From NCBI GenBank assembly GCA_963845145.1, contig CAWJQU010000005.1, positions 736,001 to 800,000 on the forward strand: a stretch of 64,000 nucleotides of DNA, given 5' to 3'. A program made the translations under genes and the position numbers. Under the pieces are notes generated by a model. It was not told the origin of the DNA. It ran no database searches and saw only the letters and a list, made by a program, of their open reading frames with translations. Numbering within the stretch: the first letter of the stretch is position 1; each line of letters starts with the position of its first letter. Shown here piece by piece: positions 18,825 through 30,253 of the stretch. This DNA is from an uncultured delta proteobacterium. GTDB taxonomy: Bacteria > Desulfobacterota > Desulfobacteria > Desulfobacterales > QNYZ01.

Positions 18825-20171
18825 ATCCGGCCCCCTTTTGACTCGATTAAAATGGTATCTCAACCAAGCCCCACACAAAGCCATCTCCACCAATGCGGTC
18901 ATTATTTTTATCCACCAAACCGAATCATATCCCCAACCAAAATAAATCGGCAGGGTAAAAATAATGGCAGCAAAAAGGAGATTATCTGCCAGGGCACAGA
19001 TCAGAATCGGGTAGGTCTTGCCCAGGCCCTGGAATACAGCCGAAACCGTTAAAATCGTGCCGACCACCCAATTGGAGAGAGACATGATCCTAAGATAGAT
19101 GACGCCGTAATGGTTGACTTCATGGTTTTGGCTGAAAATTTGAATTAAATAAGATGGAAACAACCAGCAGATGATGGTGCCGGCGACCATGATCAATGCG
19201 CTGATGCGCCATCCCGTCCAGAATGTACTGACGACCCGCCCATAATTGTTGGCACCAAAGTTTTGCCCCACCATGGCCGCCATGGCCTCGGAAATGGCGA
19301 CCGTTGGCAGATAGATAGCCTGGATGATCCGAAAACCAATCCCTAAAGCGGCCAAGGCTTGAGTGCCGTAAGGGCTGACGACGCGGTAGGTGATCATCAG
19401 GTTGGCAGTCATAAGGAAGTAGGCCAGGCCGGAGGGTATCCCGATCTTCAGGCTCTGTTTGATGACGTTCAGATTCAAACGCCAGGGGCCTTTTAAATGG
19501 ATATGCTGTCTCTTGATGAAAACAAGGTAAATATAAATCAGGACACCATAGATTTGAGAGATTAGTGATGCCAGGGCTGCCCCCTTAACGCCTAATGCCG
19601 GAAACCCAGCCAGGCCGAATATCAGCACCGGATCCAGAACAATATTGATTAGCAGCGATTGGAGCATAATGAACATGGATGTTTTGGTATCGCCCATGCC
19701 GCGATAGCAGGCACTAAACACGTGGAGTAGCAGTAAAAAAAGGAGGGACACCGAGTATATTCTAAAATATTCGGCGCCCCAAATAAGCGTCATGCCCTTT
19801 CCGCCGAAAAAACGGATATAGGGTTCGGCGATAACCCAGCCCGTAACGGCTGCTACCATGCCTGTAATCAGGGATAGAAGCAGGCTTTGCTCAAATATAT
19901 TCGCCGCTCGGGAATGTTTTCCGGCACCAAATGCCTGGGCGATCAAGGCCATGGCGCCGGTTCCGATAATAAATGACAGCCCTAAATGAACAAAGAATAT
20001 ATTGCTGGAAATAGAGAGTGCGGCAACGGCATCCGGCCCGAGCCTTCCAACAAACCAAAGGTCGGTTAACAGATAGAGCGTAAACGCCAGCATCCCCAGC
20101 ATAATGGGGCTGGATAGTCTCAGCAATTGTTTTGAGATACGACCCGTTGTCAATGTTACGCTATCGGCCAT
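18822..20171 (-). CDS. MATE-family efflux transporter
   Basis: About 12 TM; D..FVGRLG, RGMGDTKT, NIVLDPVLIFG..LGVKGAALA, GQNFGA. Confidence 0.95.
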   Translation of the reverse strand: MADSVTLTTGRISKQLLRLSSPIMLGMLAFTLYLLTDLWFVGRLGPDAVAALSISSNIFFVHLGLSFIIGTGAMALIAQAFGAGKHSRAANIFEQSLLLSLITGMVAAVTGWVIAEPYIRFFGGKGMTLIWGAEYFRIYSVSLLFLLLLHVFSACYRGMGDTKTSMFIMLQSLLINIVLDPVLIFGLAGFPALGVKGAALASLISQIYGVLIYIYLVFIKRQHIHLKGPWRLNLNVIKQSLKIGIPSGLAYFLMTANLMITYRVVSPYGTQALAALGIGFRIIQAIYLPTVAISEAMAAMVGQNFGANNYGRVVSTFWTGWRISALIMVAGTIICWLFPSYLIQIFSQNHEVNHYGVIYLRIMSLSNWVVGTILTVSAVFQGLGKTYPILICALADNLLFAAIIFTLPIYFGWGYDSVWWIKIMTALVEMALCGAWLRYHFNRVKRGPD

Positions 20172-20397
20172 CTTTTCCTTCGTTCGCTTCGACCATATCC
20201 GCCATCTGGGCGAGCGTTTCGATTGACCATTTCAAATGAGCCTCATTTATCAACGCCCCAAACCGTACCGCCATTAGCCAGTATGACAAGTGAGGACTGT
20301 CACGGTTATCGGTTTTCATCTGGGCTCTTATGGCTTTGAGGTCTTTTAATTCATTTTCATGAATCGTTTTATAATGCTCCACCTGTTGAATAACAAC
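20161..20397 (-). pseudogene. 5'-truncated PadR-family regulator (C-terminal domain only)
   Basis: YWLMAVRFGALINEAHLKWSIETL resembles PadR C-terminus; overlaps MATE start; frame cut at the repeat boundary. Confidence 0.7.
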
Positions 20398-20571
20398 CTA
20401 TTTTGATACGGGCAGCAGTGTGATAAAGCCGGAATCAAAAGAAGCATTGGTGGAGATCGAGAAGCTGTTTCAGCAAAATCCCACGCTAAAGTTATACGTT
20501 GTCGGCCATACCGATAATGTCGGCGGATTTGAATACAATATCAATCTCTCTCAAAAACGGGGCAAGGCGGT
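20398..20571 (+). repeat. 174-bp direct repeat copy 2 (orphan OmpA fragment)
   Basis: Matches 16954-17127. Confidence 0.95.
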
Positions 20572-20617
20572 TGAAGCTCCTCCCTTCGCCCGAAATTACA
20601 TCAAAGGAGACCAGGTC

Positions 20618-21229
20618 ATGGGAATAAGATCATTGTATCGTTATTTGTTTTTACTGGGCGCTGTTATTTTTCTGGTTGCATTAGGTAGCCTCGAAGCATC
20701 AACTGCACAAAAGAAGTCCGATGAACCACCCTTGGGGCCCTACGGGCCGGCACTTGGCTCCCAGGCCCATGTGGTGCGCTCGGTGATCGTGAAAACGACC
20801 GGTGACGTGTCCGGTGAATTTTCCGGTACCAAAGGCGAGAAAGGTACTTATCTATCGGGATTATGCAACCCAAAGACTATGGCCAATTTCATGATCGCCC
20901 TGACGGGAGGCGACCAATGGGACGAAATTTGGGTCACCAACTACAGCAAGGGCCGCATTGCCGCCGCTAAAACCGGAACCTTCAAACTCAGTTGGGTCGA
21001 AGTTCAGTTTCGAAAGTACGCCGAAGGCAAATTTACCATTCGTAAATTCAAAGGGCCGGGAACGATGACACTTACCACCCACGATGCCGACCCCGATAAT
21101 CGCCGCATGATCGGCACTATGGAAGGCAGCAGCCTGGAAGAATTGACGCTCATGGGTAAAAACACGGGTAAACAGGTCGATCTCCAGGTTAGTTTCGACA
21201 TGGATTCTTCGTGCGGCATAAAAGAGTAG
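20618..21229 (+). CDS. Exported hypothetical protein
   Basis: AAAGGAG RBS then signal peptide MGIRSLYRYLFLLG...; the ORF-track 5' extension is the duplicated fragment. Confidence 0.8.
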   Translation: MGIRSLYRYLFLLGAVIFLVALGSLEASTAQKKSDEPPLGPYGPALGSQAHVVRSVIVKTTGDVSGEFSGTKGEKGTYLSGLCNPKTMANFMIALTGGDQWDEIWVTNYSKGRIAAAKTGTFKLSWVEVQFRKYAEGKFTIRKFKGPGTMTLTTHDADPDNRRMIGTMEGSSLEELTLMGKNTGKQVDLQVSFDMDSSCGIKE

Positions 21230-21393
21230 GGCAGTACCCCATTAAATCAAATATCTGATTCAGAAGGTCACGATCCAAAAGAATTTTTGTCATATGCAAA
21301 GCTCCTTCGCATACGAACTAATTTTTTCCATGTTTGTTGTCTCTGAAATTTTGTAAGTTCAACATATTTTTCGTAATTGTTTAACTCAAATCT

Positions 21394-22122
21394 TTATCGT
21401 ATAAACTGGGATTCAAATATTCTGGATCTGAAGCCGGATACAAAAAATTCAATCAATGTTACAAGGTCAAAAACCGGCACCTTTAAAGTATTCTGAAGAT
21501 CGATTCTGAAAGGAATAAGATTTGTGCATTCCAAAACGATGGCTCCCAGGTCTTTATTTGAAAGGCTTGTGGCTGCATTCACCAATTCTTGACGCATCTT
21601 ATCAATATTAAGATCAAGATTCTTTTCAATCACCACCTTTTTAAATTCGGAGCTGTTATCCATCCCCGCAATCAGAACGGTCTCAGGATCAATATCGGAT
21701 GCTTCAAGGTGCTCCTGTTTTAAAATTCGCGTATCACCCGTAATAATCCCTACTTTCCGGTTAAATGGCAGAAACCGCTGAAGTAGGGGTACAATATCAA
21801 GCGCAGACCCGACAAACGGGATTTTTAGATGCTTTTTTAAATCTGCATGAAAAGGACCAAAGAGGCCGCAATCTACCGCGATCAGGCTGACACCTTTTTC
21901 TTGAAGCCTTTTTGCCTGGTCAATGAGGATGTCAATGTTGTCTTTTTTGATATTGATGAGATCCTCAAAAGGCAACCCCTTAAGCACTTCATAGATCACT
22001 GGGAAAGGGAATGTTTCAGCGTGGCCGGGATCACCGGGGATTCTCGGAACGATTGAGTCATTCATCAAAATCCCGACAATATGGCCATAAGTTGTCTGCC
22101 CTCCGAGTACGTTGTGTATCAT
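21394..22122 (-). CDS. Asp/Glu/hydantoin racemase-superfamily protein
   Basis: GILM..PRIPGD, DCGLF and LECTNL Cys motifs; ATGA overlap with AOR stop. Confidence 0.88.
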   Translation of the reverse strand: MIHNVLGGQTTYGHIVGILMNDSIVPRIPGDPGHAETFPFPVIYEVLKGLPFEDLINIKKDNIDILIDQAKRLQEKGVSLIAVDCGLFGPFHADLKKHLKIPFVGSALDIVPLLQRFLPFNRKVGIITGDTRILKQEHLEASDIDPETVLIAGMDNSSEFKKVVIEKNLDLNIDKMRQELVNAATSLSNKDLGAIVLECTNLIPFRIDLQNTLKVPVFDLVTLIEFFVSGFRSRIFESQFIR

Positions 22123-23939
22123 TGTTTTTTGGGTACGCCGTCCTCGTCCCACCCCTTAATTGCATAATATTCTTTTACCATGTCATCAACCGGCACAACC
22201 TGATTCTTAGAGGCGCCTTCTAACAGGGGTTCTTGAGTGAATCTGTGAGGAAGCGTATCGTCTTTTGCAGTTATCCCGAAATCAATATTCATTAATCTGT
22301 CCTTGGTTATGGTTCCTCTTAAAGCTTTGTTGACAGCAGCCTCTGTGAATTTTAGACCGGTTCCGGATGTTAAAAGTTCTGCCGCAAGTTCAAAATCCAT
22401 TACATCCATGCTGAGGCCCACATTTTTACACATGGTCATACAATCTGTTAAAAGTGCCTGTCGTTCCGAGTATTCAACCAACGCCGCTTTCCCGTTATTT
22501 GAAAGGCGGTTGGCAGCATCTCTGGTGCCAAATCTTTTTTCGGCTTCGTCAAACCTGTTGGTCAATTCAAAAAACGGTTCCGCTCTCAAATGATCTGCAC
22601 CTCTGGATGCAATGGCATAAGTAAGGCCAAAGGCTTTAATCCCTCGTGGGTCACCGCAGATAATATCAAGTCCTTTTACATGGAGGGCATATTTTTCAGA
22701 CCCTCGACCCATTTTTTGGGACAGGTATCTTGTACCCTTGGCAAAGTCTGCCCCCACTCCTTTCTGGTTAATGATCAAATCAAGGATTTTTTCAACGGTA
22801 TCTGTATTGCCCCAGGTAAAATCAAGGCCATCAAAATCGTTTTTATTAAAGATCCCTTTTTCAACACATTCCATGGCCCACCCAATGGTTTCTCCTGTGC
22901 TTAAAGAATCAAGTCCCATCCTGTTTAAATACTGGCCCATTTTAAGCGCAAACGCTAAATCCCGGTTACCCAGACGGGAAGAAAAGCTGCAGAGGGTTTC
23001 ATATTCAGGGCCTTCGCTTTCAACTTCTTTAGTCACATAGTATCTGGAGCAGTTTATATTGCAGTTAAAGCAGCCCTTATTTTTCACTTTATAGTTTTTG
23101 GCAAGCATCTGTCCGCTGATCTCATCCACATAGGGGGCAATGCCTTTTTGAAAATGATTTACGGGCAGAATACCAAGGCCGTTCAAGGCTTTCATTAACA
23201 GGGTTGAGCCCAGATCATGGCGATCCTGGAACTCTGGATGTTCTATAATTCGCTTGTCAATGACCTTACAATTATCCATGAACTTTAAGGGATTCGCAAG
23301 TGACACCATACCGGTGCCCTTTACAACGACTGCTTTTAAATTTTTTGAACCAAACAGGCAGCCCATCCCGGTTCTACCGCATACCCTGGAATTATTGCAG
23401 GCCACGGTTGAAAATCTCACAAGATTTTCTCCAGCAGGGCCAATAGCTGCTATCTGAAGCCCGTTATCATTGAGCTCTTTTCTTATGATAGCCGTGGTCT
23501 GAAAAATATCTATACCTTTTAAATGAATAGCATCCCTGATTTCAACATGATCATCACAGATATAAACGTAGCTTAAGCTTTCAGATTTGCCTGTAAAAAT
23601 CAGCTGGTCATATCCGGCATATCTTAATTTCAGGTCCTAAAAACCCGCCGGCTGCTGAATCCCCTAGAATTCCTGTTAATGGGGATTTACCGGAAATCGT
23701 GATATAGGCGGATGTGGAAAACAATGACCCGGTCAGAGGCCCCACACCGATCAACAGCATGTTTTCTTCATGATAGCGGTTCAATATCACGCTTCGAGTT
23801 CATCATAAAGCCTGTCTCGAATTAAGACCCACGCCCACCGATCACTTCAAGCATGTAGTCCGGATCTGTTTTCTCACGCAGAATTCTTCCACTGCTTAAG
23901 TCTACTCTTAATATGTGTCCCGCCATAGCCATGAAGCAT
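22119..23939 (-). CDS. Aldehyde:ferredoxin oxidoreductase family (W/Mo), several frameshifts in 5' third
   Basis: ILRVDLS, KSPLTG, AIGPAGENLV, GRTGMG..GSKNLKAVVV, CFNCNINC, EGPEYET, SRGADHL; GGAGG before ATG 23939. Confidence 0.9.
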
Positions 23940-23940
23940 A

Positions 23941-24464
23941 TTATTTACCTCCTGATTTTTAACCAGTCTTCTCTTAATTTTACACTCCCCTGTTTTGCAT
24001 ATTCATATCGTTTAAGAGAAGGTGACATTTTTTTTGTTTTCGTTTTAAACCAAGCAAGCGATATGGATTGCCGTATTTCCGGGTCATAGTGTTATGGCAC
24101 CCATTTCACAGGCCTCAACACACCGCGGACTTCCTCCGCAAAGGTCACAGACATAGGGATCTCGTTATAAATTTCGATGGCGCCGATGGGACAAAGTTTT
24201 TCACATGCCCCACAAAGATCGCAAATGGTTGGGGATACTTCAATACTGCCTCTTTCAGTAATGGATATTGCGCTCTTGGGGCATTTTGTACAATAATGCT
24301 CTTTGCATTGATGGCAGACAACCGGAAAATCAAGCCCAAGAATCTCAATTTTCTCAACTTTAATCCTGAGCCCCCATGTGTCCGGTTTTCCCTGAATGGA
24401 AAAAGGAACAATGGGTTTCACACCGTCGGCACCCCGAACATTTATTAAGATCAATTACCAGCAT
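23941..24464 (-). CDS. 4Fe-4S dicluster protein (AOR partner), frameshifted; 3' end approximate
   Basis: Reconstructed across frames: CSGCRRCETHC, CHQC..CTKCP, CDLCGACEKLCP, CDLCGGSPRCVEAC. Confidence 0.85.
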
Positions 24465-24742
24465 CAGTCTCTTATCCTTTCAATTCTGTAATGGACTTTT
24501 CCTTTTGGATCCGGACAGACAAAAAGCTGGCCTGATTCCGCTGCAGTCCAGTCTCCCTTTTTACCATTATCGCGCTGCATCAACGGTAAGATCGGCATAA
24601 TGCTCTGCAAGGCCCACATACAGATATGTTTGCCTTCAGGAATTGATATTTTTCCACCATCCACTATAAAATAGTCGCCCACCAGCATCGGCTGGTTACA
24701 ATACCCATCAATTTTTTCAACACTCACCTTTAATTTAGCCAT
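24464..24742 (-). CDS. TIGR04076-family protein
   Basis: GYCNQPMLVGDYF, ICMWALQS, CPDP, YRIERI. Confidence 0.85.
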   Translation of the reverse strand: MAKLKVSVEKIDGYCNQPMLVGDYFIVDGGKISIPEGKHICMWALQSIMPILPLMQRDNGKKGDWTAAESGQLFVCPDPKGKVHYRIERIRD

Positions 24743-24751
24743 GTTCCTTCC

Positions 24752-25478
24752 TTAGAGTTCGCCCCCCAGATATGCTTTCTGCATACCCGGATTATTTAAA
24801 AGGTTTTGAGCGGAGTCATCCAATACAATTTCACCGGTTTGAAGTACATAGCCGCGGTCTGCAATAGAAAGCGCCATGTTTGCGTTTTGTTCAACCATGA
24901 GAATGGTTGTCCCTTTTTTATTAATGTCCTCTATAATTTCAAATTGCTGGTCCACAAGGGCAGGCGAAAGTCCCATGGAAGGCTCATCCATCAAAAGGAT
25001 TTCAGGCTTTGACAAAAGCGCTCTTGCCATGGCAAGCATCTGCTGCTCGCCGCCGGAAAGGAACATACCCAGACGTGTTGAGTCTCTGCCTCAACCGGGG
25101 GAAAAGTTCAAGCATGGTTTCAATATCCCGTTTTACTTTCCCCTTATCCTTTCTGTGCATAGCACCGATTTCGAGATTTTCCAGTACTGTCATTCTGGGG
25201 AAGATCCTTCGATTTTCCGGAACAATGGATACCCCGTTTCTTATAATATAATTTGTGGGCTTTTTATTGATATTTTCACCTTTTAAAAAAACAGCGCCAT
25301 CTTTTGGTCTGACAATCCCTAAAATGGTTTTCAATGTCGTGGATTTTCCCGAAGCATTCCCTCCTAAAAGACAGATAAGCTCACCTTTGTGAATGGTCAT
25401 ATTAATATTATAGAGCACCTGTATTTTACCATAACAGGCATTGACACTTCTTAGTTCAAGTACCGGCTTGGTTTCCAC
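24752..25478 (-). CDS. livF: LivF-like ABC ATPase, frameshift near 25070
   Basis: GGNASGKST in one frame; LSGGEQQMLAMARAL, LMDEPS in another. Confidence 0.9.
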
Positions 25479-27342
25479 TTTTTCCCTTCTTTCCCAGATA
25501 AGCCTCTACCACCATTGGGTTTTTGGATACATCGCCATAGGAACCTTCGCAGATTTTTTTCCCGTGATCGATAACAATTACCCTGTCTGAAACTGATTTA
25601 ACCAGATTTAATTTATGTTCAATCAGAAGGATAGTATATCCGAATCGGTCTCGTAATTCCTTTATAAACTCCGTGATTTCCAGAGTCTCCTGAGGATTCA
25701 TGCCGGCAGACGGCTCATCTAAAAGCAGGATTTCAGGATCCGTTGCCATTGCTCGTGCAATTTCAACGCGTCTTCTATTGGCATAGGAAAGCTGGGATAC
25801 TTTCTGATTGTATCTGTATCCTGTTAATCTTTTCCCGAACATACTTAATATTTTTTTTGCTTTTCTATCGGTCTCTTTTTCTTCTCTTCTATTCAATCTT
25901 AAATTAAGAATCGCTGAAAGAAAAAATGATTTTGTCCGGCAGAACCTACTTGTTTTAATATTCTCAATCACAGACAACCCATTAAAGAGTCTTAAATTCT
26001 GAAACGTTCTTGCAATCCCTTCTTTGGCAACTTTATAAGGTTTAAAAGAAGAGATATCCTTTTCTTTATAAATCACCTTCCCTTGATCAGCGATATAAAT
26101 CCCTGAGATAACGTTAAAAAGTGTACTTTTCCCTGCCCCGTTCGGGCCGATAATACTTAAAATTTCATTTTTGTGCAGACAAAAATCAAGATCGTCAATG
26201 GCTTTTAACCCCCCGAAATTCAAGGTCAGATTCTGGATTTTTAACAACGGCGTGTCTTGTTTTTTATAGATTTTCGCATCCGGATTATAACTATTTTCAG
26301 AATAATAAAGTTCAGTTGATGCTCTTAATTTTCCTGTCTCATCTTTATCCGGCCGCCGTATCAGTTTTGTAAAACCGGGAACCGCGGAAAACAGGCCCTG
26401 GGGCCTTATGGCCATGATACCGACCAGTACAGCACCATAAATCATCATCCTTAGCCCGCCGTACTCCCGCAGGATTTCCGGCAGGATACTTAGGACGACG
26501 GCACCCGCGATAACACCGTAAACATTTCCCAAGCCGCCTATGATCACCATGCAATAAACAATGATCAGCTGCTGGAAATCAAAATTGTTCGGAAAGACAG
26601 AATCCTGAAAAGAAGCAAAAACAGCACCAGCAAAACCGGCCAGCATGGCACCGGTTGCAAAGGAATACAATTTCATGGATGTGGTGTTGATGCCGATGGT
26701 GTTGGCGGCCAGCTCATCTTCCCGTATGGCATTCCACCCTCTTCCTATTCTCGACGCCTTAAGCCTAAAGGAAATCACAAAGACGACCAAAGCACAGATC
26801 CAGATGAGTGTTGAATAACTTTTAGGAGATAAAATCTCGATGGAAAAAATCCGGATCATATCAAACGAATAAATGCCGTTAACCCCCCCGGTAATATTAA
26901 CCGGCGCGTCAAGATTAAATAGAAGTAGTTTGAAAATCTGGGCAAACGCCAGGGTAACAATGGCAAGATAGTCCCCTTTAAGCCGTATACTGGTAAGCCC
27001 CAGTATGAGTCCGCACACCATGGCCGAAAAAGCACAAATTGGAACTGCCGCCAGAAAAGGGAGATGAATACCAAAATGATTTGAACAAAGAAAGGCAAAG
27101 GTATAGCCACCTATCCCGAAAAACGCAATATAAGACAGATCAAGAAGACCCGTAAACCCCGCCACAATGTTAAGGCCCAACGCCAGCATAACAAAGATAC
27201 CGGTTGTTGAAAAAACACTCTGCCAGTAACTATTAGGTAGGATACCCGGAATAACCGTTAGGGAAAAAATAAAAAATAAAATGGCACCAGTATCAGGCCC
27301 CTTTAAAATTTGAAGGTTAAACTTTTTCACGTATTTTTTCAC
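25456..27342 (-). CDS. Fused LivM permease-LivG ATPase
   Basis: GDYLAIVTLAF, AIREDE; GPNGAGKST, LLLDEPSAG. Confidence 0.92.
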   Translation of the reverse strand: MKKYVKKFNLQILKGPDTGAILFFIFSLTVIPGILPNSYWQSVFSTTGIFVMLALGLNIVAGFTGLLDLSYIAFFGIGGYTFAFLCSNHFGIHLPFLAAVPICAFSAMVCGLILGLTSIRLKGDYLAIVTLAFAQIFKLLLFNLDAPVNITGGVNGIYSFDMIRIFSIEILSPKSYSTLIWICALVVFVISFRLKASRIGRGWNAIREDELAANTIGINTTSMKLYSFATGAMLAGFAGAVFASFQDSVFPNNFDFQQLIIVYCMVIIGGLGNVYGVIAGAVVLSILPEILREYGGLRMMIYGAVLVGIMAIRPQGLFSAVPGFTKLIRRPDKDETGKLRASTELYYSENSYNPDAKIYKKQDTPLLKIQNLTLNFGGLKAIDDLDFCLHKNEILSIIGPNGAGKSTLFNVISGIYIADQGKVIYKEKDISSFKPYKVAKEGIARTFQNLRLFNGLSVIENIKTSRFCRTKSFFLSAILNLRLNRREEKETDRKAKKILSMFGKRLTGYRYNQKVSQLSYANRRRVEIARAMATDPEILLLDEPSAGMNPQETLEITEFIKELRDRFGYTILLIEHKLNLVKSVSDRVIVIDHGKKICEGSYGDVSKNPMVVEAYLGKKGKSGNQAGT

Positions 27343-28249
27343 CCATTAAACCCTGAGGCCTGAAGATAAGCACCGTAATCAGAATCATAAAAGCGACAAC
27401 ATCTTTATATGCAGATGGAAAAAATGTGACGGCCATGGCCTCGCAGATTCCAAGCAAAAGGCCACCGGCCATAGCACCTGGAATGCTTCCGATACCTCCC
27501 AGGACAGCGGCGGTAAACCCTTTTAATCCTGCTTGAAACCCAACATAATAATCGACCTGGGTAAATAGCAGGCTGACAAGGATACCAGCTGCGCCGCCTA
27601 AAGCAGAACCGATCAAAAATACAATGACAATAATTTTGTTCGTATCAATTCCCATAAAAGCAGCAGCTTCGATATCCTGGGCAGTGGCTCGGATGGATTT
27701 TCCGATATTGGTTTTTTTAATAACCAGAGTAAGCAAAATCATTAAAACAAAGCAGATCAAGATGACGAAAATCCGCATAAAGGAGATAACAACGCCACCG
27801 AAATGAAATATCCTCATACTTTCGGGTATCAATTGGGAGACATGGAACACTTTTACCTTGGCACCCTGAAAGTAGAGGATAAAATTCTGAATAAAGATTG
27901 AAACACCCAGAGAACTGAGCAAGAGATTCATCCTTGGCGCATTCCGAAGCGGTCTGTAGGCGATTCTTTCAATAACAAGACCGAGAAGGGCCGATATCCC
28001 CATGGAGAGGATAATCATCAGGGAAATTAACAATGCCGCATTCATCACCGGAACATGGTTGACTGAGAATATCTGTAGCACCCACCAGCCGGTAAAGCCG
28101 CCGATCATATAGAGTTCACCATGGGCAAAATTGAGCATGGAAAGAACACCGTAAACCATGGTGTACCCAATGGCAATCAGCGCATAAACACCGCCGATGG
28201 TAATACCGTTTATTGCCTGCTGGGAAAGCTGACCAAAAATATCTTCCAT
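27317..28249 (-). CDS. livH: LivH-like ABC permease
   Basis: YALIAIGYTMVYG..NFAHGE, AAVLGGIGS, RPQGLMG. Confidence 0.95.
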   Translation of the reverse strand: MEDIFGQLSQQAINGITIGGVYALIAIGYTMVYGVLSMLNFAHGELYMIGGFTGWWVLQIFSVNHVPVMNAALLISLMIILSMGISALLGLVIERIAYRPLRNAPRMNLLLSSLGVSIFIQNFILYFQGAKVKVFHVSQLIPESMRIFHFGGVVISFMRIFVILICFVLMILLTLVIKKTNIGKSIRATAQDIEAAAFMGIDTNKIIVIVFLIGSALGGAAGILVSLLFTQVDYYVGFQAGLKGFTAAVLGGIGSIPGAMAGGLLLGICEAMAVTFFPSAYKDVVAFMILITVLIFRPQGLMGEKIREKV

Positions 28250-28258
28250 TCATTTAAA

Positions 28259-28306
28259 AACCGAAACAGGTGCTCCTGTCAAAAAAACCTGGGACCTGTT
28301 TCGGTT
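28259..28306. terminator. Intergenic stem-loop after binding-protein gene
   Basis: aaccgaaacaggt/acctgtttcggtt. Confidence 0.6.
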
Positions 28307-28331
28307 CTATCCTTTTTAAACGAGTGAATAA

Positions 28332-29497
28332 TTATTTACCGGTCAGTACGGTAACCTGTTCAAATTCATGTACCGTTAACCTTGAAAATAATATGTGGCA
28401 CCACCAAGAAGATCCCCTTTTTCATCAAAGCTAATGGGGAATCCAAGATATCCCTTTATAGTCTTTTAATAGCAGAAAGTTTTGCAGATGACTTCCTGAC
28501 GGGAAATATCTCCGTCTTTGGCCGCCATATCAATCGCACTTAAAAGAATATTCATCGCCTCATAGGCAGGAGGACCGAAGCCGCTCAAGGAACCGTATTT
28601 ATGTTTCAAAGTTTTTCACATATTCCCCTGCTTCTTTAACGGAAAATATATCCGGGCTGAAATGATAAACATATGCTCCTTGCGCTGCACCTTCGGACGC
28701 TTCAATAAAGTCTTTTTTATCCCTTGCCCCTTCGGTGCCAAAGAAAATCGCATCTATCCCAAGTTCTTTGGCCTGCCTGACCCCGATGGCCTGATCTGGA
28801 GCTGCTGTTGCAATAAAAAACAGGACATCCGGTTTGATAAGCCTTAATTTTGTCAGCACGGCGGAAAAATCCTTTGCGCCGGCTACAATGGTATCATTCC
28901 ATGATATCGGTAATACCAAGTTTTTTAAGCCCTTTAATGGTTTGCTGGGCCATATTTTCACAATAGGCAACTTTCTCATTCAGTATAGCCACTTTTTTGG
29001 CCTTAAGCGTATTTTTAATAAAAAGGGCGGCATTCCAGCCATGGGCATCATTTCTAGGCATTTACCCTGAAAAAATGCTTATATCCGGACTCAGTGAGTT
29101 CTGGTTTTGAAGCAGCCGTCGTAATACAGGCAAGGTCATTCTGACCGTAGATTTTCAATGATGCCTGGGCAATGTGACTGACCGGAGGCCCTACAACGCC
29201 ATACATCGATCTATCAGAAGTGAATTTTCGGGCAACTTTAATTCCCTGTGCCGGATCAAGGGCATCATCACCCATAACATGTTTAATTTGAACCCCCTGA
29301 ATCCCACCTCGGGCATTCCATTCATCAACGGCAATCTGGGAAGAATTAAAAATTTCCATACAGGGTGCGGCAGCATCGCCGGTAAAAGATCCCGCATTTC
29401 CGACACTGATTCCCTTTGCAACATCAGTGGCCGACACTGTCTGTCCGATAATTAAAGAAAATACTGCCATTAACAGAATGATAATTTTTTTCATCAT
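28332..29497 (-). CDS. LivK-like substrate-binding protein, several frameshifts
   Basis: Signal peptide, DDALDP, FFRVNA, DFSAVLTKL, YEAMNILL and ISFDEKGD in successive frames. Confidence 0.85.
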
Positions 29498-29547
29498 CTC
29501 CCCCTCCTGATTAATAGAAAATAGAAAATGACCCGCTTGCCCCTTTG

Positions 29548-30222
29548 CTAAACCTCGTCTCTGAAAAATGAATCTGACCGTACTTTTTTCAAAATATCCA
29601 ACAATTGAGATTTTACCTGCTCTGCATGAAGTGCCACTGCACTGGCAGCCTTGTCATTATCTTTAGCGAGGAGCGCCTCATAAATCATCGTATGATTTTC
29701 GATGGCTTCAACCCACACAGCCGGCATCACATTCAACCCATGCCGGTATTTCAGTGTCAGCTCACCTAAATTCTTACATATTCTGTAGAATGTCTTACTT
29801 CTGGCCGCCTTATGAATAATGGAATGGAATTCAAGGTCCAGATCCGTTATCTTCCTCAGGTCATTAGACTTAATGAAGCACTTTGACTTTACAATATTTT
29901 CTTCCATCATTTTAAGCTCGGCAGGTGTAATATATTGAACGGCTTTTCTTACCACCAGCACTTCAATTTCAAAGCGGGCAGAGAAAAGATCATGAATGTC
30001 ATCAATTGACATATCTTCAATAATATATCCTGCCCTTGGCAGGGCGGTGATCAATTTTTCCTGAGTAAGCCTTTGTAAGGCCTCCCTGACGGGTGTCCTG
30101 CTGACATTAAGCCGGCTGGCAATACTCGATTCTGTTATGTGCGATCCACCGGGTATTTTTCCGGTTAAAATATCGTATCGAAGGGTTTTATAAACTTTTT
30201 CTTTTAACGGGATACTTTTCAT
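29548..30222 (-). CDS. GntR-family regulator (FCD)
   Basis: VSRTPVREAL; DLEFHSII. Confidence 0.95.
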   Translation of the reverse strand: MKSIPLKEKVYKTLRYDILTGKIPGGSHITESSIASRLNVSRTPVREALQRLTQEKLITALPRAGYIIEDMSIDDIHDLFSARFEIEVLVVRKAVQYITPAELKMMEENIVKSKCFIKSNDLRKITDLDLEFHSIIHKAARSKTFYRICKNLGELTLKYRHGLNVMPAVWVEAIENHTMIYEALLAKDNDKAASAVALHAEQVKSQLLDILKKVRSDSFFRDEV

Positions 30223-30253
30223 TATATCTCTCTGAAACGCACAATGAAATCAT

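Noticed and set aside
20420..20617. Apparent OmpA fusion in the 269-aa ORF
   Set aside because: Chance read-through of the duplicated fragment; strong RBS and signal peptide begin at 20618
23560..25080. Programmed frameshifting or phase variation
   Set aside because: Breaks are numerous and not at long homopolymers or slippery sites
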